A DNA stretch of 64,000 bases from an uncultured Candidatus Rokubacteria bacterium. GTDB taxonomy: Bacteria > Methylomirabilota > Methylomirabilia > Rokubacteriales > DASRDR01. This document shows positions 46,034 to 55,596 of the stretch, one piece after another. Every line of letters begins with the position of its first letter. Position 1 is the stretch's first letter. The notes under the pieces are model-generated. The model was not told the origin of the DNA and did not search any database. It saw only the letters and a program-made list of their open reading frames with translations. The DNA lies in NCBI GenBank assembly GCA_963826115.1, contig CAWGVS010000006.1, forward strand, positions 1,056,001 to 1,120,000. Reading direction: 5' to 3'. Position numbers and translations under genes: made by a program.

Positions 46034-47272
46034 TCATCCGGCCGGCTCGCGGGCGGGGGGCGGGGGGAGCCACGACCTGACGAACGGGACCAGGAGGAGA
46101 CCCGGCAGCGAGGCGAGAAACGTGATCGCGAAGTAGGTGCCGTAGCCCCACTTCTCCGTGCCGAGGCCGCTGACTGCGCCGGCCAGGCGGCCGGTGAAGG
46201 AGAAGAGGGACGACAGGAACGCGTACTGGAGCGTGGCCCGCTCCGGATCGCAGACCGCCAGGAAGAAGCCGAGGAACGCGGCGGTCCCGAGGCCGCCCGA
46301 GAACGAGTCGATCATGGACGCGGCGTAGAGGGCCGGCCACGGCAGCTTCCAGAGGGCGACGGCGGCGTAGCCGAGGTTCGAGATCGCCTGGGGCAGCCCG
46401 AGCAGCCAGAGCGCGGTCAGCGTGCCGTAGCGCTGCATGATCGCGCCGCCCGCCAGCGCGCCCGCGATCGAGAGACCGATCCCGAGCGCCGTGGGCACCA
46501 GGCCGATCTCGAGGAGTGACCGCCCCTGGTCCACCCAGAAGGGCTTGACCATCGGGCCGATGGCGAACTCGCCGAGCTTGTACGTGAGGACGAACAGGAT
46601 CAGCGGGACGGCTCGCCACGTTCCGATCCAGCCCACGAACGGGGCGAGCCACTGCTGCCGCGCCTCGGCGGGGACGTCGAGGCGCGGGATCCGCCGGACC
46701 GCGAGGCCCATCGCGGCGAACACGACCGCCGCGCCGCCGAAGAGGACGTTCCACGGGAGCCAGTGGGCGAGCACGACCATGCCGCTCCCGATCAGGACCA
46801 GCGCCACGCGATACGCGGAGGCGCGCACCCCGTTCGCCGGGCCCTGATCCTCGCGACCCACCAGCGCCACCGTGTAGGCGTCGATCGCCATGTCCTGGGT
46901 GGCCGAGGCGATGGTGAGCACCAGGATCAGCGCGAACAGGACGTTCAGGCTGGTCGCGGGGTCGGGCAGGGCGAGCAGGGCGACCGCCGCGGCGACCACG
47001 AGCATGGCGCCCGTCACCCAGTTGCGGCGGTCGCCAAAGCGCTGGACGAGCGGCGACCACAGAAACTTCAGCGAGAACGGCAGCTCGAGGAGTCTCAGCC
47101 CGCCGATGGCCCGGAGCGAGGTGCCGTGGAGGCGCAGGTAGACGGGCAGCACCTCCCAGAGGATGCTCACCGGGCTGCCCTCGATGAAGTAGAGGAGCCC
47201 GACGACCTTGAGCTTGGACCGCGACGCCTCGGGCAGCCGGCTGGCGCCGAGCAGCGTCCACAGGAGGCGCAT
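46034..47272 (-). CDS. ampG: AmpG-like MFS muropeptide permease
   Basis: LKFLWSP, SATQD.AIDAY, YKLG and TLQYA.LSSL motifs. Adjacent to nagZ. Confidence 0.88.
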   Translation of the reverse strand: MRLLWTLLGASRLPEASRSKLKVVGLLYFIEGSPVSILWEVLPVYLRLHGTSLRAIGGLRLLELPFSLKFLWSPLVQRFGDRRNWVTGAMLVVAAAVALLALPDPATSLNVLFALILVLTIASATQDMAIDAYTVALVGREDQGPANGVRASAYRVALVLIGSGMVVLAHWLPWNVLFGGAAVVFAAMGLAVRRIPRLDVPAEARQQWLAPFVGWIGTWRAVPLILFVLTYKLGEFAIGPMVKPFWVDQGRSLLEIGLVPTALGIGLSIAGALAGGAIMQRYGTLTALWLLGLPQAISNLGYAAVALWKLPWPALYAASMIDSFSGGLGTAAFLGFFLAVCDPERATLQYAFLSSLFSFTGRLAGAVSGLGTEKWGYGTYFAITFLASLPGLLLVPFVRSWLPPPPAREPAG

Positions 47273-47343
47273 CGCGCGCATTGTACCCGACGGGGGCGGT
47301 CGGCCTTCCGAACTGCCGGTCGCCACGGCGCCGCGGGAGGTCG

Positions 47344-49176
47344 CTAGGGTCCCGGGCGCTCCCGCGGGATATCGAGGACGAACGTGGCGCCTCCGCCGGG
47401 CGTGTCCTCCAGCCGGAGGTTGCCCCCGTGCGCTTGCAGGATCTCGCGCGACACGGCCAGGCCCAGCCCCGTGCCCTCACCGGGCGGCTTCGTGGTGAAG
47501 AACCAGTCGAAGATCTTCACCCGCATGTCGGCCGGGATGCCGGGCCCGTCGTCGGCCACCTGGATCTCGACGGTCTCGCCACGCCGCCGCGTCCGCACGG
47601 TGAGGTTCCGGCCCTTGCCGGCGCTGTCCATCGCCTGTCGGGCGTTTCCCATGAGGTTCATCAGCACCTGGCCGAGCCGGTGCGGATCCGCCGTCACCCG
47701 CGGGAGATCGGCCTGGAAGTCCCCGACGAGCTTGATCCCCGCCACCGAGCACTGGGGACGCTCCAGATCCATCGACTGCTTGATCAGCACGTTCAGGTCG
47801 ACGGCCTCGAACGTGGGCGGGCGCGGCTTCGCCATCGTCAGGAGCTCGCGCACCAGCCGCTGCGCGCGCTGGGCGGCCAGAATGATGTGGCCGGACCGGT
47901 CGCGGCTCGTGCCGTCCGCGCCCGGATCCGCCTGGATCATCTGCGCGAGCGTCATCAGGGCGGTCAGTGGCGCGTTGATGTCGTGGACGAGCCCCGCCAT
48001 GCTCTGGCCGAAGGTCGCCAGCCGCTCCACCTCGACCAGGTGGGCCCGGGCCTGGCTGACCTGGTCCTGGAGGGCGCCCACGACGGCCGCCCGGTCCTCG
48101 CGGGCAAGCGCCACCCCGATCTGACCGGCCAGCCCTTCCAGGACCCTCAGCTCCTCGGGGGGCAGGTCGAACGCCGGATCGTCCCACGACAGCGCCAGGA
48201 GACAGCGCGGGCTGTCCGCGCCGGCCCGGATCGGCAGGAGGAGCCACGGCAGCGTCGAGTGGCGGAGCCACGTTGGCGCTCCCACGAGCGGGAGGCCGGG
48301 GCGCCAGGTCGGCCGACCGGCCTCGAGGAACCGTGTCAGCTCGTCCGTCAAGGGGAGCGTGGTGCCCTCGAGCGCGACCTGGTCGAGCGGTCCCGTGTCC
48401 CACCCGGCCACGGCGGCGAGGCTCGTGCTGTCGGCGGCCGGCGCCAGGAACGCGAGGGCCTGGCTCGGGCGGAACGCGGTCGCCAGCCGCGGCATCACCG
48501 CGCGGAGCGCGCGGGCCGGCTCGGCGCCGGTGACGAACGCGTCGACGACGGCCAGGAGCGCCTCCACGGCGCGCGTGCGGGCCTGGGCGCGCTGGAGGAG
48601 GCTCGTCTGGTCGATCGCGAGCGCCGCGGTGCTGGCGAACAGACGCAGGACCGCGAGGTCGCTCGACGTGAAATGGGGGCGGTCGGCCAGCCGGTTCGCG
48701 TTGAGGACGCCGACCACCCGACCGCCGACCTCGAGCGGGACCGACACGGCCGACTGGATGCGGCCGCCCTTCGGCACGAGGTTCGGGAAGCGCGAGAGAT
48801 CGTCGCCCTCGCTCAGGAGGACGGGGCTGCCGGTCTGGGCGACCCAGCCGGCCACGCCCTCGCCCAGGCGGGAGCGCTGCTGCCAGGCCTCGGCCTCGCG
48901 GGCGCGGGTCGAGGACGCCACCCTCAGCTCGTCGCCTTCGACCAGCATCAGGGAGGCCTCGTCCGCGCTCAGCGAATCGGCCGCCCCGTCGACGACGTGG
49001 CGGAACAGCTCGTCCGCCGTGACCTTGTTGGAGAGGAGGCTGAGTGTCGCCTCCTGGACCCGGAGGATCTCGTCCCATCGCTCGCCCCCATGGCCAGGGC
49101 CTGGGGCTGCCGGGGGGGCCGGTCCACCGGGCTCCGCCGACGGGTGGCGGGCCAGGGCCCCCCGAGAGGCGGACAA
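47344..49176 (-). CDS. Cytoplasmic GAF-GAF histidine kinase
   Basis: GEGVAGWVA GAF motif, H-box VHDINAPL, NARQAM, DDGPG and GTGLGL. Start is uncertain. Confidence 0.88.
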   Translation of the reverse strand: MSASRGALARHPSAEPGGPAPPAAPGPGHGGERWDEILRVQEATLSLLSNKVTADELFRHVVDGAADSLSADEASLMLVEGDELRVASSTRAREAEAWQQRSRLGEGVAGWVAQTGSPVLLSEGDDLSRFPNLVPKGGRIQSAVSVPLEVGGRVVGVLNANRLADRPHFTSSDLAVLRLFASTAALAIDQTSLLQRAQARTRAVEALLAVVDAFVTGAEPARALRAVMPRLATAFRPSQALAFLAPAADSTSLAAVAGWDTGPLDQVALEGTTLPLTDELTRFLEAGRPTWRPGLPLVGAPTWLRHSTLPWLLLPIRAGADSPRCLLALSWDDPAFDLPPEELRVLEGLAGQIGVALAREDRAAVVGALQDQVSQARAHLVEVERLATFGQSMAGLVHDINAPLTALMTLAQMIQADPGADGTSRDRSGHIILAAQRAQRLVRELLTMAKPRPPTFEAVDLNVLIKQSMDLERPQCSVAGIKLVGDFQADLPRVTADPHRLGQVLMNLMGNARQAMDSAGKGRNLTVRTRRRGETVEIQVADDGPGIPADMRVKIFDWFFTTKPPGEGTGLGLAVSREILQAHGGNLRLEDTPGGGATFVLDIPRERPGP

Positions 49177-49423
49177 GCCAGCCCCTCAGCCGTCCCAGCA
49201 CGGGGTGATCCTGGATCGCCACCCGGCCTCCCTGTCAGGGGTCACAACGTCCCGCCCAAGTCTACTCAGGGCACCCCTATTTGTACACACTTGGACTCTG
49301 TATGAAAACGCTTGGTGCCGACCGGGGCCCGTGCTACCGTCCAACCGCCGGCCAGAGTCCCGGTCCGGTGGACCGGAAGGGCTGGTACAGGCACGGCCGG
49401 GTGGCCCGGCGGGGGGAGGACCC

Positions 49424-49837
49424 ATGGGGACGAGGAAGCTGATCATCGTGGCGGTGGCCGCGGTGCTGGCGGCGGGGTGCTCGGCCAGCACGCTCAAGTC
49501 GCAGAAGGACGACGGGTGGGCGCGCGTCTCCCAGACGCTGCCCGACGGCAAGTTCATCTACAACCCGTCGCTTCCGACGCTGTCGTCGTTGCCGGATCCC
49601 TCGTGGGTCGGCGCCAACCCGACTCCCAACGCCTACGGGCACCCGTTCCGCCCGGTCGGGCTCGTGTTCTACCCGATCGGCGTGGCCCTCGACTGGGTGA
49701 TCATGCGGCCGCTATACATGCTGGGTGGCCTGGCGCCCGAGTGGTTCGGCGTGACCACGGATGACGGCCATGGCTACCAGGAGCACATGCCGGAGCTGTT
49801 CATCTCGAAGGACGCGCCGCGCATGAAGTTCGAGTAG
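49424..49837 (+). CDS. Hypothetical lipoprotein
   Basis: GGAGG RBS and lipobox LAAGC. HPFR..G..FYP.G.ALDW...RP segment. Confidence 0.75.
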   Translation: MGTRKLIIVAVAAVLAAGCSASTLKSQKDDGWARVSQTLPDGKFIYNPSLPTLSSLPDPSWVGANPTPNAYGHPFRPVGLVFYPIGVALDWVIMRPLYMLGGLAPEWFGVTTDDGHGYQEHMPELFISKDAPRMKFE

Positions 49838-49880
49838 GCGTTCCGCTCCTCGCTGGCTGTCTGAGCTCCCCTCACCACAC

Positions 49881-49910
49881 AGAGGCGCCGCCCCCCGGGG
49901 CGGCGCCTCT
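49881..49910. terminator. GC-rich hairpin between convergent genes (probable bidirectional terminator)
   Basis: AGAGGCGCCGCCCC-CC-GGGGCGGCGCCTCT is a perfect 14-bp inverted repeat. Confidence 0.65.
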
Positions 49911-50518
49911 CAGTCTTTGCGCGTGTGAGCCTGGAGTCCCCGCTCCCAGAGATACTCCGGCTCGCCCAGGCGTCGCGCGACCCACCGTGACAGCACGAAC
50001 AGGAGGTCGCTCAGCCGGTTCACGTAGCGGAGCGGCCATTCGGAGAGCGGCTCCGCGCGGGACAGCCGCAGGATCTCGCGCTCGGCGCGCCGGCACACGG
50101 TGCGGGCCTGGTGGAGGAACGCGCCCACCCGCCCGCCGCCGGGCAGCACGAACGACTTGAGGGGCGCGAGCTCCTTCTGACAGCGGTCGATGAGCTTCTC
50201 CATCTCCGTCACGTCCGCCGCGCCGACCCGGTACATGCCCTCGTAGGCGGCGTCGTCCGGCGTCGCCAGCTCCGACCCGAGGTCGAAGAGCTGGTTCTGG
50301 ATGCGGCGCAGCGTCTCGTCGAGCCACTGGTGTCCCTCGCCCTCGCCGAGCCGCTCGGCGTTGAACACGCGGGCCAGGCCGAGGACCGCGTTCAGCTCGT
50401 CGACGGTCCCGTAGGCCTCGATGCGCGGCGCGTCCTTGGGCACGCGGCGACCGCCCACCAGCGCCGTCTCGCCGCGGTCGCCGGTGCGCGTGTAGACGCG
50501 GGTGATGCGGATCGCCAT
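49910..50518 (-). CDS. pduO: PduO-type cob(I)alamin adenosyltransferase
   Basis: VYTRTGD.GET, AYGTVDELN, QNQLFDLG, ARTVCRRAER and NRLSD.LF motifs. Confidence 0.93.
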   Translation of the reverse strand: MAIRITRVYTRTGDRGETALVGGRRVPKDAPRIEAYGTVDELNAVLGLARVFNAERLGEGEGHQWLDETLRRIQNQLFDLGSELATPDDAAYEGMYRVGAADVTEMEKLIDRCQKELAPLKSFVLPGGGRVGAFLHQARTVCRRAEREILRLSRAEPLSEWPLRYVNRLSDLLFVLSRWVARRLGEPEYLWERGLQAHTRKD

Positions 50519-50704
50519 GCGCGGTCCTCCTCGCGGGCCAAGCCCGGCTGGCTCCCAGGGATACCGCGTCGCCGACGGCGCGTCAACGCGCGCGATTCTC
50601 GGGGTCGCGGTCCCGGCCGTTGTCCGGGGCGCTTGACGACGGCCCGGGGGCCTCTCGATACTGAACGGGCGCCGCGCGCCCACTTCACCCGAGGAGACCC
50701 GCGA

Positions 50705-51073
50705 ATGCCGAAGCCCGAGCTGGAGTTCTTCGCGCCCGACCACATTCCCTGGGAGCCGGTGGCCGGCTCGGTCACCGGCGGCGCCGGGGGGCCAGGGGTG
50801 GAGCAGAAGATCCTGGCGCTCGACCGGGAGACCGGGGACATCACCCGGGTCCTCCGGTTCGCGGCGGGGGTCGAGACGAAGGAGACCATCACGCACGACT
50901 TCTGGGAGGAGGTCTGGATCCTCTCGGGCGAGCTGATCGACCTCGGCAAGAAGCAGACGTTCACGGCGGGGATGTACGCCTGCCGCCCGCCCGGGATGGT
51001 CCACGGGCCCTACCGCGTGCCGCGGGGCTGCACGACGCTCGAGCTCCGCTACGGGAAGGCCCCGGCACGATGA
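50705..51073 (+). CDS. ChrR-like cupin protein
   Basis: HDFWEEVWI and YACRPPGM.HGP cupin motifs. AGGAG RBS upstream. Confidence 0.85.
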   Translation: MPKPELEFFAPDHIPWEPVAGSVTGGAGGPGVEQKILALDRETGDITRVLRFAAGVETKETITHDFWEEVWILSGELIDLGKKQTFTAGMYACRPPGMVHGPYRVPRGCTTLELRYGKAPAR

Positions 51074-51110
51074 CCGCGGCCGTCTCCGGCCCGGCGGCGT
51101 CGAGGGAGCG

Positions 51111-52121
51111 GTGATGAAGAAGGTGCGGTTCGGCATGTGGATTCCGACGTACGCGTGGGCGGACGACCCCGGGACCTCGGAGAGCGTCCGGGAGAACGTC
51201 GCGAAGATCCGGGACTCCGTCGCGAAGTGCGAGGAGCACGGCATCGACGTGTGGGTCATCGACCATCTTCTCTCGGCGCCGGGTCTCTACGGGAACGCGT
51301 GGCTCGAGCCGATCAACGTCCTCACGTACGCCGCTGCCCTCACCAGGCGCGTTCAGCTCGCAACGGGGATCCTGGTCCTCCCCGTCCGGCATCCCGTGGT
51401 GCTGGCCAAGGAGATCTCGACTCTCTGCCACCTCTCCCAGAATCGCTACCTGTTCGGGGTGGGCCCCGGCTGGTACGCGCGGGAGTACGAGGTCACCGGC
51501 ACACGGATCGAGGAGCGCGGAAGGCGGACGGACGAGCTCATCGAGGCGGTGCTCCTCCTCCTCTCCCGGCCCAACGCGACCTTCCACGGGCGCTACTACC
51601 ACTTCGACGACGTGACGATCGATCCGCGACCGCCGACGCCGCCCCCGGTGTGGGTCTCCGGCGGCTCGAGGATCCCGGACCCCGGCGAGCACGATGTGCC
51701 CAAGCTCGCCACGACCGTGGCCGAGCGCATCGTGCGCGCGGGGAACTGGATCTCGCGGTGCTCGGGGAAGCAGGAGTGGGTGAAGCGGGACTGGGAGGAT
51801 CTCCAGCGGCACGCGGTCCGGATGGGGCGCGACCCGGACAAGCTGGTCTTCGGCCACTGCAACTTCACGCACCTCGTGGAGACGCCGAAGCACGAGCGGG
51901 CGGTCGAGGCGTCGCGCGCGCCGTTCCTCCGCGCGATGGGGACCCACCGGAGCTGGGAGCATCTCCAGGAGTGCTACATGGTGGGCTCCATCGACCGCAT
52001 CAACGCCCGCATCGCGGACCTCGTGTCCTCGGGGCTCGAGTACATGGTCCTCGGTCCCGTCACGGACGATCCGAAGCAGATCGACCTCGTCGCCAAGCAC
52101 GTCATGCCGGCGTTCGCCTGA
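51111..52121 (+). CDS. LLM-class flavin-dependent oxidoreductase
   Basis: VWVIDH, TGILVLP.RHPV.LAKE and FGVGPGWY..EY motifs. Confidence 0.9.
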   Translation: MMKKVRFGMWIPTYAWADDPGTSESVRENVAKIRDSVAKCEEHGIDVWVIDHLLSAPGLYGNAWLEPINVLTYAAALTRRVQLATGILVLPVRHPVVLAKEISTLCHLSQNRYLFGVGPGWYAREYEVTGTRIEERGRRTDELIEAVLLLLSRPNATFHGRYYHFDDVTIDPRPPTPPPVWVSGGSRIPDPGEHDVPKLATTVAERIVRAGNWISRCSGKQEWVKRDWEDLQRHAVRMGRDPDKLVFGHCNFTHLVETPKHERAVEASRAPFLRAMGTHRSWEHLQECYMVGSIDRINARIADLVSSGLEYMVLGPVTDDPKQIDLVAKHVMPAFA

Positions 52122-52123
52122 GC

Positions 52124-52762
52124 ATGCCCGCCGCCGGGGACCGCGCCGCCGTCCGGGCGGTGATCTTCGACATCGGCGGGATCCTCGAGGCGCCGTTCGA
52201 GGACGTCCTCGTCCCGGAGATGGCGCGCTTCGTCGGACTTCCGGAGCCCCGGCTCCGGCAGGAGCGCGCGCGGGACGCCCTCGCCCTCACCGAGGGGCGG
52301 ACGACGCTCCGCGAGTTCTACGACCGGGTCGATGCGGGAGCCGTGCGGCGCGCGGATCCGGACGCGGCCGTCGCGCACCACCTGGCGGTCTACGAGTCCG
52401 CGACGGGGACGCTCGACCCTCGCGTCCTCGGGCTGATCGCGGACCTGCGCCGGCGCCGCCTCGTCGTGGCGTGTCTCACGAACACCGAGGTCGAGGTCGG
52501 GCGGTTCAACCGGGCGCGCGACCTGTACCGCGGCTTCGATCGGGCCTTCCTCTCGACCGAGATGGGGCTCCACAAGCCGAGCCGCGCGATCTACGAGCGC
52601 GCCCTGGCCGGGCTCGGCTGCGCGCCCCGCGAGGCCGTCTTCACCGACGACAAGCTGGAGAACGTGGACGGCGCGCGCGCGGTCGACATGCACGGGCTCC
52701 ACTACCGGGACTTCGAGACCTTCTCCGCGGAGCTCGCCAGCCTGGTCGGTCGCGGGCCCTGA
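52124..52762 (+). CDS. HAD-family hydrolase (YihX-like)
   Basis: IFDIGG (motif I variant), LTN, KP...IY and FTDD..ENV motifs. Confidence 0.85.
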   Translation: MPAAGDRAAVRAVIFDIGGILEAPFEDVLVPEMARFVGLPEPRLRQERARDALALTEGRTTLREFYDRVDAGAVRRADPDAAVAHHLAVYESATGTLDPRVLGLIADLRRRRLVVACLTNTEVEVGRFNRARDLYRGFDRAFLSTEMGLHKPSRAIYERALAGLGCAPREAVFTDDKLENVDGARAVDMHGLHYRDFETFSAELASLVGRGP

Positions 52763-52764
52763 TC

Positions 52765-55110
52765 GTGGCGACACGGTACGTCGGGGCGGAGGTCCGGCGC
52801 CGCGAGGATCCGCGCCTCCTGAGCGGGCGGGGCCGCTACGTCGACGATCTCCACCCGCCGGGGTGCCTTCACGCCGCCGTCCTCCGGAGCCCGCACGCCC
52901 ACGCTCGGATCCGCGGTGTCCGGTCGGAGCGGGCGCGAGCGCTCCCGGGCGTGGTCGGCTGTTTCACGCTCGCGGACCTCCAGGACGTCCTCCGGCCGCT
53001 CCCCGTCGCCGGCTCGCCGCCGCCTCCGCTCCAGGCGCGGGTCGGGTTCCGGCTGAAGACGGCCGTGCAGCTCGCGCTGGCGGGCGACCGGGTCCGGCAC
53101 GTCGGCGAGCCGGTCGCGGTGGTCGTGGCGACCGACCCCTACGTGGCGCAGGACGCGCTCGACCTGATCGACGTCGACTACGAGCCGCTCCCGCCGGTGG
53201 TCGACGCCGACTCGGCGGTCGCCCCCGGCGCGCCGCTCCTCCACGCGGAATGGGGAGACAACGTCGGCGTCGCGTTCGAGGTCCGCATCGGCGATCCGGC
53301 CGGCGCGCTGGCCGCCGCCGCCTCGCGTGTCCGGGCGCGCTTCCACGTGCCCCGGTACGCCGGGATGCCCCTCGAGCCGCGGGGCATCCTCGTCGAGCCC
53401 GCCGGGCGCGGTGACGGCCTGACGGTCTGGGCTTCCACCCAGGTACCGCACTGGCTCCAGCGAACCCTCTGCGAGACCCTCGACCTGCCGGCCCATCGCG
53501 TGCGGGTGATCGCCCCCGAGGTGGGTGGGGGATTCGGCACGAAGACGACGATCTACCCGGAGGACGTCCTCGTCCCGGTGATCGCGGCCCGGCTGGGGCG
53601 CCCCGTGAAGTGGATCGAGAGCCGCCGCGAGCACCTCGCCAGCGCGACCCACTCGCGGGAGCAGCTCCACGACGCCGAGCTGGGTGCGACGCGCGACGGC
53701 GTGATCGTGGCGTTCCAGGACCGCTTCCTGCTCGATCTCGGGGCGTACAACCCCTGGGGCATCGTGCAGCCGTACAACACGATCGCGCACATCCTCGGGC
53801 CTTACCGGATCCGGAACGCCGCGTTCGAGGGCCGGGCGGTCGTGACCAACAAGACGCCCCACGCGCCCTACCGCGGCGCGGGCCGACCCGAGGCCGTCTT
53901 CGTGATGGACCGGCTGCTCGACCTCCTGGCCCGCGAGGTGCGGCTCGATCCGGCGGAGCTCCGCCGGCGGAACCTGGTCCGGCCCGACGAGATGCCGTAC
54001 GACGTCGGGATGCTCTACCGCGACGGCAACCCGCTGGTCTTCGACGGCGGTGACTTCCCCGACGGGCTCGAGCGGGCGCTCCGCGCGGCGGACTACGACG
54101 CCGTCCGGGCGGCGCAGGCCGAGCTCCGCGGCCGCGGGATCTACCGGGGGATCGGCATCTCCGCCTACGTGGAGGGCACCGGCGTCGGGCCGTACGAGGG
54201 GGCCACCGTGCGGCTCGACGCCTCGGGGAAGGTGGTGGTCGCCACCGGCGCGTGCTCCCAGGGCCAGGGCCACGAGACGGTCTACGCCCAGATCGCGGCG
54301 GACGCTCTCGGCGTCGAGCTCGCCGACGTCGCGGTGATCGGCGGCGACACCGACGCGATCCCGTTCGGCATCGGGACCTTCGCGAGCCGCAGCACCGTGC
54401 TCGCCGGCAACGCGGTGCACGCCTCCGGCACGGCCGTCCGGGCGAAGCTGGTCCGCGCCGCCGCGCGGCTCCTCGAGGCGGCGGAGGCGGATCTGGTGGT
54501 CGAGGGCGGCCGGGTGTCCGTGCGGGGGAGCCCGGGCCGCGCGATCACCTTCGCGGGCATCGTGCGCGCGAGCCTGCCGACGTTCCAGGCTCCGGGCGCG
54601 GTCGAGCCCGACTTCGAGGCGACCACCTACCAGGGCGTGCCCACCGTCACCTACGCGAGCGCCGTGCACGTGGCGGTGGTCGACGTCGATCCCGACACGG
54701 GCCGGGTCCGCCTGGTCCGGTACGTGGTCGCCCACGACTGCGGCCGCGTGATCAACCCCATGCTCGTGGACGGGCAGATCCACGGGGGCGTCGCCCAGGG
54801 CGTGGGCGGCGGGCTCGGCGAGGAGATCGTCTACGACGCGGGGGGGCAGCTCCTCACGGGCTCCCTCATGGACTACGCGATGCCGCGGGCCGACGAGCTG
54901 CCGTTCATCGAGACGGTCCACCTCGAGCATCCGTCGCCGCGCAACCCACTCGGGGTGAAGGGCGTCGGCGAGGGCGGCGCGATCTCGCCGCCAGCCGCGC
55001 TCGCGAACGCCATCGAGGACGCGCTCGCGCCGTTCGGGGTGCGCATCACCGAGGGGCCGGTCACGGCGGCCCGCATCGTCGCGCTCCTCAGGCCTGCGAT
55101 CACGGCCTGA
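52765..55110 (+). CDS. Xanthine dehydrogenase-family molybdopterin-binding subunit (form II CoxL-like)
   Basis: RREDPRLL.G.GRYVDD, VGGGFG, PYRGAGRPE, QGQGHET and GVKGVGE motifs. Confidence 0.93.
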   Translation: MATRYVGAEVRRREDPRLLSGRGRYVDDLHPPGCLHAAVLRSPHAHARIRGVRSERARALPGVVGCFTLADLQDVLRPLPVAGSPPPPLQARVGFRLKTAVQLALAGDRVRHVGEPVAVVVATDPYVAQDALDLIDVDYEPLPPVVDADSAVAPGAPLLHAEWGDNVGVAFEVRIGDPAGALAAAASRVRARFHVPRYAGMPLEPRGILVEPAGRGDGLTVWASTQVPHWLQRTLCETLDLPAHRVRVIAPEVGGGFGTKTTIYPEDVLVPVIAARLGRPVKWIESRREHLASATHSREQLHDAELGATRDGVIVAFQDRFLLDLGAYNPWGIVQPYNTIAHILGPYRIRNAAFEGRAVVTNKTPHAPYRGAGRPEAVFVMDRLLDLLAREVRLDPAELRRRNLVRPDEMPYDVGMLYRDGNPLVFDGGDFPDGLERALRAADYDAVRAAQAELRGRGIYRGIGISAYVEGTGVGPYEGATVRLDASGKVVVATGACSQGQGHETVYAQIAADALGVELADVAVIGGDTDAIPFGIGTFASRSTVLAGNAVHASGTAVRAKLVRAAARLLEAAEADLVVEGGRVSVRGSPGRAITFAGIVRASLPTFQAPGAVEPDFEATTYQGVPTVTYASAVHVAVVDVDPDTGRVRLVRYVVAHDCGRVINPMLVDGQIHGGVAQGVGGGLGEEIVYDAGGQLLTGSLMDYAMPRADELPFIETVHLEHPSPRNPLGVKGVGEGGAISPPAALANAIEDALAPFGVRITEGPVTAARIVALLRPAITA

Positions 55111-55591
55111 CGTCCAGGAGCCGGACGTCTCCCTTCAGCCGGAGGTCGATCCGGAGCTTGACCGTGCCGGCGCCCCGGTCGTTGCCGAAGAGGTAGGAGT
55201 AGACGCCGGTCGTCTCCGGCGCGCACGGGACCGTGACTCGGGCCCCCACCCCTTTGCCGAGGACGACGAACGTCGCCGGTGACTTCTCGTCCGGGTGGGA
55301 GTGGAGATTCCAGCTCACCTCGCCGCCCTCCGCCGTGATCTCCGCGACCGCCTCGGCGTCGGCGGCGAACCGCAGGTCCACCTCGGCCCACATCCGCGGG
55401 TAGAGCGTCCACGAGAAGCTCATGGTGCGCGGCGCGCCCGGCGCCAGCGCCTGGGCGAGCGCGGAACCAGGCGCGCCGGCGGCGCCGGCCGCCACCAGCG
55501 CCGCGAGGGTCGCCACGAGCCAGGGCGCTCGCACGACGCCAGCTTGCCAGCGATCCCCGGGCGCCGCTACCATGACTTCCGGGAGGAGCAC
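55100..55591 (-). CDS. Exported small beta-sandwich hypothetical protein (WNLHSH motif)
   Basis: Hydrophobic leader followed by a beta-rich domain. The start may be about 55537. Confidence 0.6.
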   Translation of the reverse strand: MLLPEVMVAAPGDRWQAGVVRAPWLVATLAALVAAGAAGAPGSALAQALAPGAPRTMSFSWTLYPRMWAEVDLRFAADAEAVAEITAEGGEVSWNLHSHPDEKSPATFVVLGKGVGARVTVPCAPETTGVYSYLFGNDRGAGTVKLRIDLRLKGDVRLLDVRP

Positions 55592-55596
55592 ACGGC

